In this document: piece by piece, positions 48,483-60,766 of the stretch
Layout of the letters: each line of letters opens with the position of its first letter
Numbering within the stretch: position 1 is the first letter of the stretch
Assembly: GCA_008632985.1 (NCBI GenBank)
Contig: QPGO01000025.1
Coordinates: forward strand, 496,001 to 560,000
Direction: 5' to 3'
Origin: Psammoneis japonica
Lineage: Eukaryota
Length of the DNA stretch: 64,000 nt
Program-made: the position numbers and the translations under genes
The notes under the pieces: generated by a model
Databases searched by the model: none
What the model was told of the DNA's origin: nothing
The model's input: the letters and a program-made list of their open reading frames with translations, nothing else

Positions 48483-49286
48483 TCATGTTATAGTAGGGCG
48501 GTAGGTCTTAGCTTGCACTTCTCCGCTGGAGGCAAATCCACTTCGACCCTTTTGAAGCTTCAAGACATGCTTGGCTTTTAGTTTCTGTCCGGTGATTGGG
48601 CATGTCATATTCGGCTTTACAAGTTTTTCATAAACGTCTTCTAGTATGACATGTCCACTTTTCGTCAATGCCACAACGGGTTGGGTTGTAATCGTCTTGT
48701 TGGAAACGGCGCACTCTACCTTACCAGACGCATCTCTCTCCAATACAAGGGGAATCAAGTCTTTTCGTCGAAGCGGTTGACCTGAGAACGGGCTCGTCGG
48801 TCTGTCAGGAGGAGGCGACGGGGCTCGATCAATATGTTCTGGTTGCACCTCTGCCAGCCAGTAACTTGTGCTTTTCAGAATCTCCTTTTTTGACGGCTCT
48901 TTCTCTTTCTTGGCGACGTTCTTGGTGGCACGCTGCGTGCTCTCAAACTTCGCGATTGATTCATCTTGTTCTTTCTCAAGTCGCTTTTGTTCCTCTTTAT
49001 TCTGAGATGCAATGTAGGCCTCGTACTTCTGTTTCTGTTGCTTCAATTCAGCTGTCTTTGTCAATAGATACTCTAGAATGGCTTCTTGGCTGTAAATCCG
49101 CCCACTCGGGGTCGCAACGGGATTCTCAGCAGGTTGCAGGGACAGACAACAATCTCCAAAGTTTCCTTGCGATTCGGTTGACAAACGTGCCGTTGTCGTG
49201 CCATAGTGACTAGACTTGAACTTCTTAGTCCTTTCATAGTGTGTAAGAGGTTGGTGACCACCCGCCTGTTTGCTCTTGCGTGTCAT
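48483..49286 (-). CDS. NOSIP: Nitric oxide synthase-interacting protein homologue
   Basis: RLSTESQGNFGDCCLSLQP..PVATPSGRIYSQEAILEYLL, PFSGQPLRRKDLIP, CPITG..LQKGRSGFASSG. Confidence 0.85.
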   Translation of the reverse strand: MTRKSKQAGGHQPLTHYERTKKFKSSHYGTTTARLSTESQGNFGDCCLSLQPAENPVATPSGRIYSQEAILEYLLTKTAELKQQKQKYEAYIASQNKEEQKRLEKEQDESIAKFESTQRATKNVAKKEKEPSKKEILKSTSYWLAEVQPEHIDRAPSPPPDRPTSPFSGQPLRRKDLIPLVLERDASGKVECAVSNKTITTQPVVALTKSGHVILEDVYEKLVKPNMTCPITGQKLKAKHVLKLQKGRSGFASSGEVQAKTYRPTIT

Positions 49287-49742
49287 GGTCAATGTCGAAT
49301 CTCGAACCTCCTTCCACTTCCTTTTTTGGTGTGTTTCGTGTGTGGGTCTTTTTGCGCACTGCGCACGTGTTTTGCCAATCCACAATACGGCTCTGCGGGA
49401 AATCGCGGATTGTGTCGAAAAACGGACAGAATTCATGCAGAAATATGCCAGAATGAACGTGTTTGGTCTGAAATCGTACTGTACCGGCATGCACAGCCTG
49501 ATTGGACGAACGAGGTCGGTTTCGAAAGCATTATTTATTTACATATTCAGTCATGCATTTTAAAACGTTCAGCACCGAACATGTTACTTTAATTAATTGA
49601 TAATTAGGAAATGTTCTCTTTTTTCTATGACACACTAGAAGCACACGCATCCAGCCGATTTGCAAATGCCAACATGAGACTAGAGCAAGACTAGAGAGTA
49701 CAAAATGTGCTATTTTACCAAAACAGAACAACTACTACGACT

Positions 49743-51003
49743 TTACAAACACTCATCGTCATCTTTGAGATTGCCGCATTCCTCAGAATCCGAAACCATG
49801 TCGTCACACGAGTTGACTCCCTCCGCTGCCGCCCCGCCGAGTGTTCGAATCTAGTTTGGCGACGCTTCCTCGCTTCCTGCTTGGCAATTGCGGCATCCAG
49901 AGGAGACTGACCAAGAAATTTGATTTTCTCAACTGCCTTGCCCTCGTCTGAAGGCTTCTCCACCGCCACGAGCTCCATCGAAAGGAGCGTGCACCCTTGC
50001 GCTTGCTCCATGAGCTCTTCGTTGTCGTGTGCGAACACTTCAAGCTTCCAACCGGCCTTGCTGCTTGTGGAATAAAAATCGGTCTCACAGGGGAATGGGA
50101 GGTGAATGACACGGGGGCGGCAGTGAACCACACGGCGTTTGCCGTCACCCAAGGTCTCTTCAATGCCGCAGCTCTTGAGCAGCTCTTGCCCGGCTTGCTC
50201 GACTCCGCTTGGTCTTCCGAAGATGGCCCAGAAGTGAGAATAGAAGCACGCACGCGATCCTTCTCAAACATCCAATGAGGGATGCACTCGTTGAGTGTGA
50301 CCCTCGTGCCACAATCAGAAACCTTCAGGTTCCAGTGTGACGTGGCGAAGGGCGGCACAAGGACATCCACGGCAGTGTGCGTGCGCTTGTCGGATGCTGC
50401 CCACAGAGACGCTAAGAAAAAGCATCCACACTCACAAGTGATCTTGCCCTTCTTCACAAGCGAGTCCGCCTTCTTCTTGTTCCTCGACTTGGTCTTGCCA
50501 GACGATGAAATGGTGGCAGACGACTTGAACTTTGATGCAAGGTCGCGGCTCACGTCTCGCGTCGTCTTGGGGGTCCTCTTGGTCTTGCCCGGCATGCTGG
50601 TGGCTGCCTCCTCATCGCCAGAGTGTTCCTCTTCGTCTTCTGAGGTTTCGCACTCCTCGTCCTCGCTCGACTCCTCGTCTTGCATGTCTTCCACAACGTT
50701 CTCGGCGCTTCGCTTGGTGCCTGAGTCGTGCAAGTGCAAGTCAAAGCAGAAAGACGATGGTGTGAGCACAAGACGAACAAAACAATGGAGCAGTGGAAAC
50801 AAACACACTTCTTGCCTTTCCGCCTGGCTCGAATGAGTTTGTCGGTTTCCCACTGCCGACACTTCTTGCGGCGCGAAAGTCTGACACTTCGGAATGTCGC
50901 TGAAGCACTTCTCGCATGCTTTCTTGATGCTTTGCAAGTCAAGTTTTGCAAGCTTTGTGTCGTGATCTTTCGTCCAACGGGCCTTCGTCCCTTCGTTGCT
51001 CAT
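49743..51003 (-). pseudogene. Probable accessory (Myb/SANT-like) ORF of a PIF/Harbinger element, TpA-mutated
   Basis: MSNEGTKARWTKDHDTKLAKL start and acidic tract, divergent from the transposase. ORF 49804-51120 has no Tyr in 438 aa. Confidence 0.5.
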
Positions 51004-51238
51004 GGCGTTCGTCGTGGACTGGTTGCTGTTGTGATTATGATGGTTTGGAGCGCAGCACTGGTTTTTCTGCAAGACGGTCGCCAAACGGGCGAGACACGAA
51101 ACCCAATGGAAAAATGGCATGACCTGGGTTTTCCTGGCATGTCTCTACAAAGAGCTCGTGAAAACGACATTTTTTTCACACGTTTTCGGTCACATGATGA
51201 CAGGGGCATTGTGATTGCGTCACAGATTTTTAACAAAA

Positions 51239-51436
51239 CACCCGGATGTGCAGCTTTGGATTTGGGTGAAACCCGGAAACTGCGCAGGAGCGCTGCCAGC
51301 AGCTACGACACACAAGCACCCGGATGTGCAGCTTTGGCCACAGTTTTTTTCTGCACATCCGGGTTGCAAAAATTTGTGCAGAAACTGTGCTGAGAATCCC
51401 GTGGGATAGAAAGAAAAACCCAGATGTGCAGAAAAA
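51239..51436. repeat. Four copies of ACCCGGATGTGCAG (three forward, one inverted)
   Basis: CACCCGGATGTGCAGCTTTGG at 51239 and 51317; TTTTTCTGCACATCCGGGTT at 51346-51365 pairs with AACCCAGATGTGCAGAAAAA at 51417-51436. Confidence 0.9.
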
Positions 51437-51709
51437 TGACTGTGACAAAGACTTTTTGTTGACAAAAGCTGTGTCACACCTTCTGAAATCTTTGGTTGAA
51501 AAACGCGCGAGCTCTCCTCACACAAAAATGTGCACTTTCTACGCAAGAACAGAGAACAACGGTTAAAACACGAACAAATCGTGACCGTTAGATTGCATCG
51601 TGTGCTGTGCCGATGCGCACACTTCAACAGCAGTGGACAATCCACGGCCCAACCTTGTTTCCATCACTCAACGCTGGTTTCATTTTGTTCCGGCTCGCCA
51701 CTTTCCACC

Positions 51710-52706
51710 ATGGCTTCTCCACCGCCAAGAAAGAGGATGCGCTGGCTTGCCGTCGGAGTTGAGGACATCATCAATTTGGGGCGCTCAATGATGAATAGAC
51801 GCGAGAAGAAGTTCGGCGCCACAATGACCGAGGACAGGCGTTTTCATGAATTTTTTGGTTGCAGCCCAATCGTGGCTCTCACGCTGTGGAACCCACTCGT
51901 CCTGCACGACGTCCTGCCACAAGGTGGCAATGTTGTCCACATGATGTGGGCACTTCTTTTTGTGAAAACTGATGGCAAGGAAACTGAACTTGCCTCCTTG
52001 GCTGGGGGGGTAGACGAAAAAACTTTTCGAGAGTGGAAGTGGGCGATTGTGGAGGCGACATCGTCACTCGAGCCGTGTGTGGCAAGTGCCCGAGTGAAGC
52101 AACATTTCCATGCAATTAAAATCGATTCTCACCTGCATTGATTTTTTTGCTGTTTGCTCTGTCCAGATTGTTTGGGAGAATCGCCGCATTGACAACACCG
52201 GGAACGATTGTTTGGCAACAGTCGACGGGACAGACTTTCGCACTCCGAATCACGGCCGGAAGTTCTACTCGCAGAAGTTCAACGAGTGTGGACTTCGCTG
52301 CGAAGTTGCAACATGCATTGAAACTGGTGAAATTGTGTGGATTGGTGGGCCCTTTGAGCCCGGTGTGTACAACGACTTACAAATTTTTCGATCGGCATTG
52401 AAGACGGAACTTGATGAGGGTGAACGCGTGGAAGCTGATGGTGGGTACTTGGGTGAGGCACCCATGTGTGTAAAGTGCCCCAGTTCTTTTGTCAACCGAA
52501 AAGAAAATGAAGAAATGCAGAGGCGTGCTCGTGCCAGACAGGAGACCTGCAATGAACGGTTCAAGAATTGGGGGGTGCTGAGCACGAAGTTCAGACACCG
52601 TCCCCTCTCCAAGCATGCTGATGTTTTTAGGGCAGTTGCAGCAGCAACACAGCTTTCCATTCAAAATGGTGAGCCACTTTTTGATGTAGATTGCAATGAT
52701 TTGTGA
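51710..52706 (+). mobile_element. PIF/Harbinger-type DDE transposase (DDE_Tnp_4-like), mutated; intron 52082-52166 with GC donor
   Basis: FHEFFG, HMMWALLF, VDEKTFREWKW, CLATVDGTDF, YSQKFN..GLRCEV, GEIVWIGGPF, VEADGGY, ARARQETCNERFKNWGVL. Confidence 0.88.
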
Positions 52707-53449
52707 CCATCATTCTCCAGTGGCATCATTTTCTCAAAACTGGTTTTACACACACTGCTCTAGACTGTGCCGAAACTGCCGGTAGAGTGCCATCCAAAGT
52801 GTGCTGTGCCAACAATTGAAGGCGTCGAGCCCGGGGTCCTGCCATGCTGTAGAAGAGAAGGGGTTGCATCGTGGCAGCATTGCAGCAGCGGTTCTCGACA
52901 AGGCGTGAAACATCTTTTTATTTCGTGTGCAGGTACAACTGAAATGATGTGTTGTTCCATGAAGATGACATTACATGTGTTTTGTTAAATGACAAAAGTA
53001 AAGTTTATTGCACATTTTTTCCTCATTACAGTGTCTTTCCATTTTTCTGTCTCGCGTGCGCAAGGGGGTGAAGGAAGGATTCCAGAGCACTGATGGCCGA
53101 CAGACGTGTGGCGGACATGCTGTGGAAGTCCATGGCGGTGTGGCATTGGATGCGACTGCAGTGGGAGCAGTGACTCTCAATCTCAAGCCATGTCAGGAAA
53201 CACACTCAGAGACGACCTCCAGAAACCTTGGTTGGATGACCAGGTTTCTGGCTGCAGCAGCAGACAAGCTCGCGCTTGGCGTGCGAGGCAGGTTGGCGAA
53301 ATCGTCGATTTCCCGCAGAGCCTGCGCAACTGCATGCTGACGCCGACTTGCATCTGATTTTGAAATCATTGTTGTTTTGTGGCTGTCCCGAGAGACTGAT
53401 GTCAGTGCAACAGGTGTCGTGACACAGGGCTTTGATGCTCCATCTCAAC

Positions 53450-55700
53450 TCACAGCATCTGTTCCTTTTGGCTCAACCCAGTGCTTGCAGAGAGACAGAC
53501 CAGCACCACAGTCCTTCATCTTCCGGCTGTGCTGAGACAGGGCATCTGGCCTGCCAAGAACAATCTGAGAGGGTGGGGTGATGCACGACCCCAGCAGGCA
53601 AAGATGGGTTGCCCTCACAATCATGACACTCATTCTCATGCCAACCAAATTGCACACTTCTGAGTGTGGCTTTTGCCATTTGTCCACCAGCTGTGCCACG
53701 CTGGCAGCAGCAGCCAGCACCGCCACCCCACCACACACACAATGCTGCCCTGCTGCTGGCCTCGTCGCCAGGCAGCCCACCACACAATGCCACAAAAAAG
53801 GAGCAAAATGGTGTGCAGTGCTGTGCAAGGCAATGATTGAGATGTTTGTGCTTCATCTCTTTTTCATGGAGTTGCAGAACTTGCTGTTCTGACTGGGGCA
53901 ACTTTGATGCCCCTGCTTGTGCACCTGTCACTCACCCCCGCCAGCCGCAGACCAAAATGTCACTGTTGTTGCCATCTCTCACAACTTGTTGGAGTTTGCA
54001 GCAGCACTCAGCAAGCTGATGGATTGGCTGGGACTCCCTGATGCAAGATGACATGGGTTGACGATGGCTCGTCCCATGCTGAGCTTGCTGCATTCACAAA
54101 TCTTGTCATCATGTTTAGAGAAATGTGGCTGGCCCATCTTTCTTGTGCTGAAGGGCATCCTGAGTGAAACTTTTGTGCCCACGTCAATCACAATGATGGG
54201 GGGCAGATGTGGTGGAGTGCAAACGGAGCATGCTGGAATGCACTTGGCAAGAGAGATGGGCACCATTTTCAGCATTCACAGTTGCACTGAGACAGCTGTG
54301 CACTGGCTTTGGTGTTGTGCCCCACAGCCATTGGGCCTTGACATTGGGTGGTTGTGTTTTACAAAAGATCATTTTGACCTGTGGCTCCCTCCCTCCAAGT
54401 TTCCAGCACTTCTTGTTGTGCTCAACACTCTTGCTCTTCTTTGCTTTGTTGTTTCTTCTTGAATGGAGATGGGACCTTCTTGCCAAGGGCCTCACTGATG
54501 CTGCATGAGAGTGGAGTCACATCACAGAGTGAGTTGTGCAAAAAACAAAAGCAACAAAAAGGGTTGACTCTTGTCTGTTCTCAGACAAAATGCCACAATG
54601 GTTTGAGATGGATGCAGCAGCTGCTGCAGATGGTTTTGCACACCAGCAACAAGAACTTGAATGACCACAACCAATTGTCTCTCAATGTCACATGTTGTGG
54701 AACCACCAGAAAGGTGCCTGCTGCGGCATTGACAGCACTGAAAATTTTGGTTTTGCATCTGTCCTTCCATCAGAGACATGCCATCCACATGTGGACATGA
54801 TGGTGCACCTGGCACGTGATCAAGAATCTGCAACATGAAACCTTTCAGGCACGGCACGGCTGGGAGAGACAACCAAGAGCACATGAGAATTCACCCATGA
54901 CACACACAGATTTTCTGTGAATTCTGGCACACATGCAACCTGATGCTGAATTTCAAATTTTAGCTCTGCTTTTGATTCGCTCACACTTGGCTGACAACTC
55001 AAACACCACAGTGTGAGCAAGCAAGCAAGCACTGCCTGTGTTTCTCTCTCAACCATGAGCCAATGCTGCTCAGGGATGAGCCAACACAGGGTGAGTGTGT
55101 TGTTGGCATGATTGTGTCATTCTTTTTGCTCTTTCCACACTGCACATGTCCTCACATCATCTGCTCATCATTGCACTTTTTCTTTCTTGCACATTGACAG
55201 CATTCCAGTCTTGCACCAGTTGCTTGGGGAAGAAGTCAAGATTGTTTTTCAAGATGGGTGGAAGAGAAAGATTGTCAAATTGAGGCAAAGAAACAACACA
55301 CAAGCAGCATGTTCAGACAAGAGGAAAGCAACTTCAGAAAAGTTGGCTTTGTTGCTTTGCTGTGACACCAGGACAAGAGAAATGGCGTTTCAGGCTTGCA
55401 TCAGGAATGTGCAAGATGATGCCACTTCAGAGGCCCACTCTCCTCATGGAGTGCAGCTGAAGCTGTTTGTCAAGATTGGCAGTGGAAAAGAAAGATCAAA
55501 TTCAAGCCCTCAAGTGACACTGCTCAAATGTGCTCAGAGACAAGACAAAAGCTTTTTTGGAAGTTGGCTTTGTTGCTTGTTCAACACCAGCGGAAGAGAA
55601 ATCAACATTTCAACCTCACATCGGGAGAGGAGTGCTGCGAGATGATGCCATCTTGGAGGCCAGCTGCCAGTGAAACAAAAAGACTGACCAGCCAATGCAC
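53450..55700 (-). mobile_element. Degraded RLE-type (CRE-like) non-LTR retrotransposon, 3' part
   Basis: Fragments SRHLSGG, NGAHLSCQ, PPHLP, VLQLHEKEMKHKHLNHCLAQ, HFAPF, DKWQKPHSEVC..RMSVMIVRATHLCLLGS, and GAGLSL match the C-terminus of RLE elements (from memory). Confidence 0.7.
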
Positions 55701-56191
55701 TGCAATTGTCAGATTGTCAGTTGGTTGCTGTGGCTGGTGCTGCGAGAACTCTTCCTCCGGTGCCCGGTGCAAGTCCCAATCAATCGGTGATGCCGAATTG
55801 TCAAGGCTGCATTTTGAAACAGCACGCCACTGGCATTAGACCAGCAACTCAAGAAAGTGGAAGATTGTCTGGTTCGACTCGAAGCCAAAGCAACGACGCA
55901 GTAAAGGGCAGGGCCCCATGGTGTAGACTTTTAGACAAAGCCACTAGCTAGAGATGTCATGAACGAAAACACCACGTGTGGACTGACAGGCAAAAGAAAA
56001 GAAATTGGTAGGGCCCTCTAGCTCGGACGAAACTGGGACAAAGTGGCAAAGCTTTCTTACCACTAGTAGAGGGCCACAGCGTGCGTTTGTCTACACAGTG
56101 CGAAAAGACAGAAACATGACAAAGAGCAAACTTGAAACCAACAATCGCGACACTGGTCAATAGCAGGAACAAGGGCAAGCCTTCCCTTTAT

Positions 56192-57215
56192 CTAGTTACT
56201 CAAATCAAGCTCTCGCGGTACCACAGGTCTGGTGTAAACAAATAGATCACCACTTCCATCTTCAGCAATACGAAAGTCATCATCCAAGTATCGAATGCGA
56301 ACAGAACATGTCGCAGCCCGCCCCTTGTTCCATGGCAGCAGTTTCCAAATCGCACCAACGGGAACACGGATCTTCCAAATCCATTCTCCCAGTCCACTCA
56401 ATCCTGGAACAGGCCGAGAAGTTGTATAGTCAACCTCCATTTCTAGCTTGCCTGAATCCGCTAGACTGCATTTTGCAGCGGTAACAACACATCCGCCAAA
56501 CGTGGGAAGCAATTTGAACCAGCCAAGAATTGGAATCACAGTGAGGGAAAAAATTGACGTGTCGAACTCACTGTACAAATAGCCGGTTGAAGCATCAATT
56601 CGTTGAGCAACTCGACCAATTTTTGAAACACCCCAAGAACAAGTCTGTAGCTCGTGAAGTTTGAAGAAGAGCGACGCCTTGTCAGTTCCGAATATTTCTG
56701 AAGAGGAACAACATCAAAGCTACCAGTAAGATTCAATACTTTCGAGTCACAAAAAGATTGTTATGCGATTCTCATAACATCTTACCTCTTTCTTCAGCGT
56801 AATCATAAGAATCTTGAATAGCCAGGAAGAATGGACTTGATCGAAAGATGCCGTGCGGCACTGTGCTTAGAACCAATTCCCATTCTCCGTTCATTTGATC
56901 GAGTGACGAAGGGATTTTGTCGGATGAATCAACCAACTCGAGTATTTTCTCTTTTGCAACCTTCATTGTCTCATTATAGTAGTCACCGGATGTAGGATTA
57001 TAGGATTGTCCCCGATCGAGTGCAGCTCCCAGTTGTAAGATTTGCGCCTTGAGTTGTTGCTCCGTGCTGGACCGACTGTCAGTCGACGTTTCGGGGAACC
57101 ACGTCATCGTGGCGGCTTGCCGAGCAACTGGCATTTTCGGGAAGGACGGTGAAGTCCACGCATGTGACGCTCCCAAGAGGCCAGAAATCAACAAGAAACT
57201 CGATAGCAACGCCAT
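56192..57215 (-). CDS. Plastid lipid-associated (PAP/fibrillin-like) protein; intron 56698-56785
   Basis: Bipartite-like presequence (..GASHAW..), LKAQILQLGAALDRG, MNGEWELV, IRYLDDDFRIA...LFVY. Splicing restores frame. Confidence 0.78.
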
Positions 57216-57538
57216 TGTCGTCGTCGTGATGGATCCTGCACCTGGTACGATACTGGTGTGTTGATCGAGAAGAGAGAAAGGAAGCGAAAAAGATGAGGCG
57301 ACTGACGTGTTCTTGAATACACAATATCTAGTCACACATACCTCAAACCTAATGCTTTTTCTTCAAATACGAATACAATATTTTTCTGATTCGTTTTCAG
57401 ATATTCGTGTACGGAGCTATCTTTTTCATCGGAAATTGTGACGTGTGCAAAAACTCGAAGAAAAAAAGGAAAATGGGCGAGAGCATTTTCTCTGCCGTTG
57501 CGCAACCAACAGACAGAGCACGAGCAAGACGCAGGACA

Positions 57539-59084
57539 ATGGATAACCATCAGCAGCAACAGCAGCATGGTCCCGGGGTACCCCCGCAAGGTGTTCCTCA
57601 AGCTGATGCGTCGGCTAAGCGTCAAGCGCTGACGGGGCAATGGCGAACGCCTCCGCTGCCTGTGTTTGCTGCTTCGAGCAAGACTCAACATCCTACCACT
57701 CGCCAAGTGAGTTTCGTTCCCACCGCTCTTCCGGACAGTTCTGAAGATTATGCAAAGGCTCTCGAGGAGGCGTATCGCCGTGGTGCTGAAGCCGCTGCGG
57801 CTATGAGTGCCAATGCAGCGGGTGCTGCTGCTCCTCCTCCGCCTCCCGTTGCTTCGGCAACTGCAGTCATGCCTACGGCTGTTTCGTGTCCCAACTTGGC
57901 AGATCTAGGTCCTACTGGCGTCATGTTTGCGGACGAGACGCACCCGCCTCAGGATCCCACAGTTGAAATATTGGGGGAGGCTGTCCCTAATCCTCTGCAG
58001 CAGCCTCCACCTCCTCAGCAGCCGCAGCAACAACAGCATCATGCGATGCACCCCCCTCCACCTGTGGCTCCCACGCAAATGCAGCACCATCATCACCCGC
58101 AAGTAGCGACTCAGCATCATGCGGCTGGACAGCCCGTTGCAGGTACAGCACCCGCGAACAGGTCGTTGTCTCTTCCGGATATCGCATCATTTGCGGCACG
58201 GGCGCAGGCCGAAGAAGAAAAGAGGAAGAAGAGGCTCGCCCGAAACCGTGCCTCTGCGCGTCTACGACGCTTGCGTAAAAAGAACTTGGTACGCGTAATG
58301 CTTTCATGATTGGTAAAAGTTGCCAAATGAGCTCGACATTCTAAGGTCTTTTTCTGATGAACTCTTTTTCTCACATCTTTTCTTGAATCTTGATGTTTGA
58401 TCGACGCAGGTGGATAGTTACGAGGGTGAGGTGGGCGTGTTGGAAGCCTCCCTTCAAAAGCTCAAAGCCCATGAATGGGGTGCCACAGAAGATCATGAAG
58501 CCTTATTGGAAGCTCTTGGTATGGAACGGGGACAGCAAGCCATTAGCAGTGAGCAGAGAGCCACTCTCATCAAGGAGATTCTCGCCCAGCAACGTACTCA
58601 GGTTGCTTGGATCAAGGAATGCCAATTGGAACAGCTCACGCTGAAATGGATGGCGCAGAACGCAATGACAGAGACGCCCTCGCCAGAATGCGACGAAGAA
58701 GAGCTTCAGCTGTACAGAGAGCTTCAAGATCTACTTCAACTAAGCGACGACCAGAAGAACAACCTACTACGTGCCACGGACGGAATTGAACAAGAAGTCG
58801 CAGCTGTTGAGGCTGTTGACGACTGTCTTCGCGCCATGCAGGAAAATGAGTGGTTGTTGAATGAAGGCGTCACGTCCATTTCAAACCAGTTTACTTCGAT
58901 CCTTCATCCCAACCAAATCTCGAAGTTTTTGCTCTGGACTGACGCCAATGCCGAAGCCATTGAGCAACTTGACTACTGCCACGCGCCTCGCGCCATTTCG
59001 CCACCTTCGTCTTCGCCCATCTTTGGCTTTGGTATGGACGGTGACTATCACGCAGCCAACGCTGCTGAAGAAGATGACAAGTAG
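57539..59084 (+). CDS. bZIP transcription factor; intron 58289-58409
   Basis: EEKRKKRLARNRASARLRRLRKKNL|VDSYEGEVGVLEASLQKL; Gln/Pro-rich N-terminus. Confidence 0.88.
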
Positions 59085-59418
59085 ACTTACAGAGAGAGAG
59101 ATACCTATACGACGCAATATGGAGATGAGATAAAGGGTGAAGCCGGAAGCAAGGGATACCGGGATCTATTGCGCATTACGTACGTTATGATCTAAGCGTA
59201 TTTACATACTGAATTACATGGGTAATAGCGGGCTGGGAGTCAACGACTGACGAATGCTCCGTTTCGTTTGATAGATAATTTTTGATAGAACGCAATCTCA
59301 TTGCGATTTTCTTTAATCATATCGCGACGTACGTTAGATTTTGTTCGATCTTGCGGACATGCCGAAGGTCCGGAAGGACGTAGATCTTCGCCGTTGCATT
59401 ATCGTTCCTTTCTGATTC

Positions 59419-60330
59419 TTAGAACGACTCCGGCATTACCACGTCCAACGTCAGTAGAACTCTGCCTTCCAGTGGATGAAGGTCTGGAGACTTGTGTATG
59501 CATGCATCTACGCCTTTCCTGTCGTCGTTCCAACCGTTCCCAACCAGAATAATCGCCTCACCTTCTCTGCCCTGTCGTATATCTGCTTTGACTGGGCTGA
59601 CCATTCTCGAGTTCACGTCACGCACCGCTATGTTTGTCCAATCCAAATTGTTCAATGCGCTACGGTTCACTCCCTCGTTGCCGACAACGTATTCGCAACC
59701 AGGACCAACGAGGCTTTGGATCCATCGAACAGGAACGTGATCAAGATGCCATCGCGGACACTTGGTTCCTGATGATCCTCGTGTCGCCACAATTCGAGCC
59801 TTACAACGAACTTCAGGCAGAGTGGGACACATTTCTTGAACCAATTGCTGAAAGTGCTGAAAGCCTTCTTCCAAAAAAGAAACAATTTCACTGTCGGTTC
59901 TGGTCGTGAAGCATGCTTCAGCCATTCTCACAGCCCCATCGTGCGCGTCAACAAACTCCAACGCAACATCCAAACCTTTGGACTGTGGCAACAGAGGCAC
60001 TAATCCGTGCCAAAGATTATTCTTGGTGCTGTGGGAGGCAAGATTGTAGGAGCGAAAATTCTCTTTCTCCCACCAGTTCTGATGAGCACCTGAATCTGTA
60101 CAAACAATGTCCGAAGAAACTCTGTCTAAAACCGCAGCTTTGAGGTAAGCCTGTGGTGCACGATGCACAGCTCGCCTTACTCCGGGAACCCACGCATCTG
60201 ACGCCGAGAAAAGAATTGGGGATACAATCCAAAAGGCCGCCTTCCCAAAGGAAAACTCTCGCATTTTTTGTTGATGGTAAAGTCTGAACACTTGCAGAAA
60301 TGGGATTCCTTTACCGCCACTACTCGCCAC
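59419..60330 (-). CDS. DUF1826-family protein
   Basis: CPRWHLDHVPVRWIQSLVGPGCEY, IILVG, HKSP..RVLLTLD. Confidence 0.8.
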   Translation of the reverse strand: MASSGGKGIPFLQVFRLYHQQKMREFSFGKAAFWIVSPILFSASDAWVPGVRRAVHRAPQAYLKAAVLDRVSSDIVCTDSGAHQNWWEKENFRSYNLASHSTKNNLWHGLVPLLPQSKGLDVALEFVDAHDGAVRMAEACFTTRTDSEIVSFLEEGFQHFQQLVQEMCPTLPEVRCKARIVATRGSSGTKCPRWHLDHVPVRWIQSLVGPGCEYVVGNEGVNRSALNNLDWTNIAVRDVNSRMVSPVKADIRQGREGEAIILVGNGWNDDRKGVDACIHKSPDLHPLEGRVLLTLDVVMPESF

Positions 60331-60599
60331 GATCGATGTTCGATGTTGGCTTCGCGTTGCTTTTCCTCTTCTTCGTGCGGAGTGCTTTTTGTGTCATCGA
60401 AGTTATGACGCGACGACACGTCATCCGATCTCGCGCGCAAAATTGGGGTTCTGAGTCGTGTGACCCTACGTACAGCTCCAGTAGCATTTCTACAGAGTAT
60501 CGATGCGGTAGATAGGTGGCGCTCGGCGGTGGGAAGCAGGGAACATAGGTCCTATGCAGGGAACGTTCGATTTCAAAATTTTGGCAAGTACTTTCTCTA

Positions 60600-60680
60600 C
60601 CACTCACTCTAGAGTAGAGTAGCTAGAGAGCTAGAGCTAGCTAGCTAGCTAGTTACTCTAGCTAGTAGAGAGTAGAGTAA
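60600..60680. repeat. CTAG/AGAGT low-complexity run
   Basis: ctctagagtagagtagctagagagctagagctagctagctagctagttactctagctagtagagagtagagt. Confidence 0.85.
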
Positions 60681-60766
60681 TCAAAATCTTGGACGTCAAC
60701 GTAACACAGCACTGACACAAACAGAAATTACACCCCAGAGATTGAAGAAGCAACCAAGCATCAACC

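Noticed and set aside
51239..51436. CRISPR-like array
   Set aside because: Mixed orientations, irregular spacing, only four units, eukaryotic context and no cas genes.
33979..52706. Alternative genetic code or Tyr codon reassignment in Tyr-free ORFs
   Set aside because: TpA is lost in all frames and in intronic and intergenic sequence, and the genes carry frameshifts.
22600..55890. Classical fungal RIP or plain 5mC deamination as the sole explanation
   Set aside because: These give C->T and cannot convert TA to TG/CA, and TpA loss occurs where CpG is retained.
49560..56100. Terminal inverted repeats and target-site duplication of the Harbinger element
   Set aside because: No convincing inverted pair found by eye, so element ends are left undefined.
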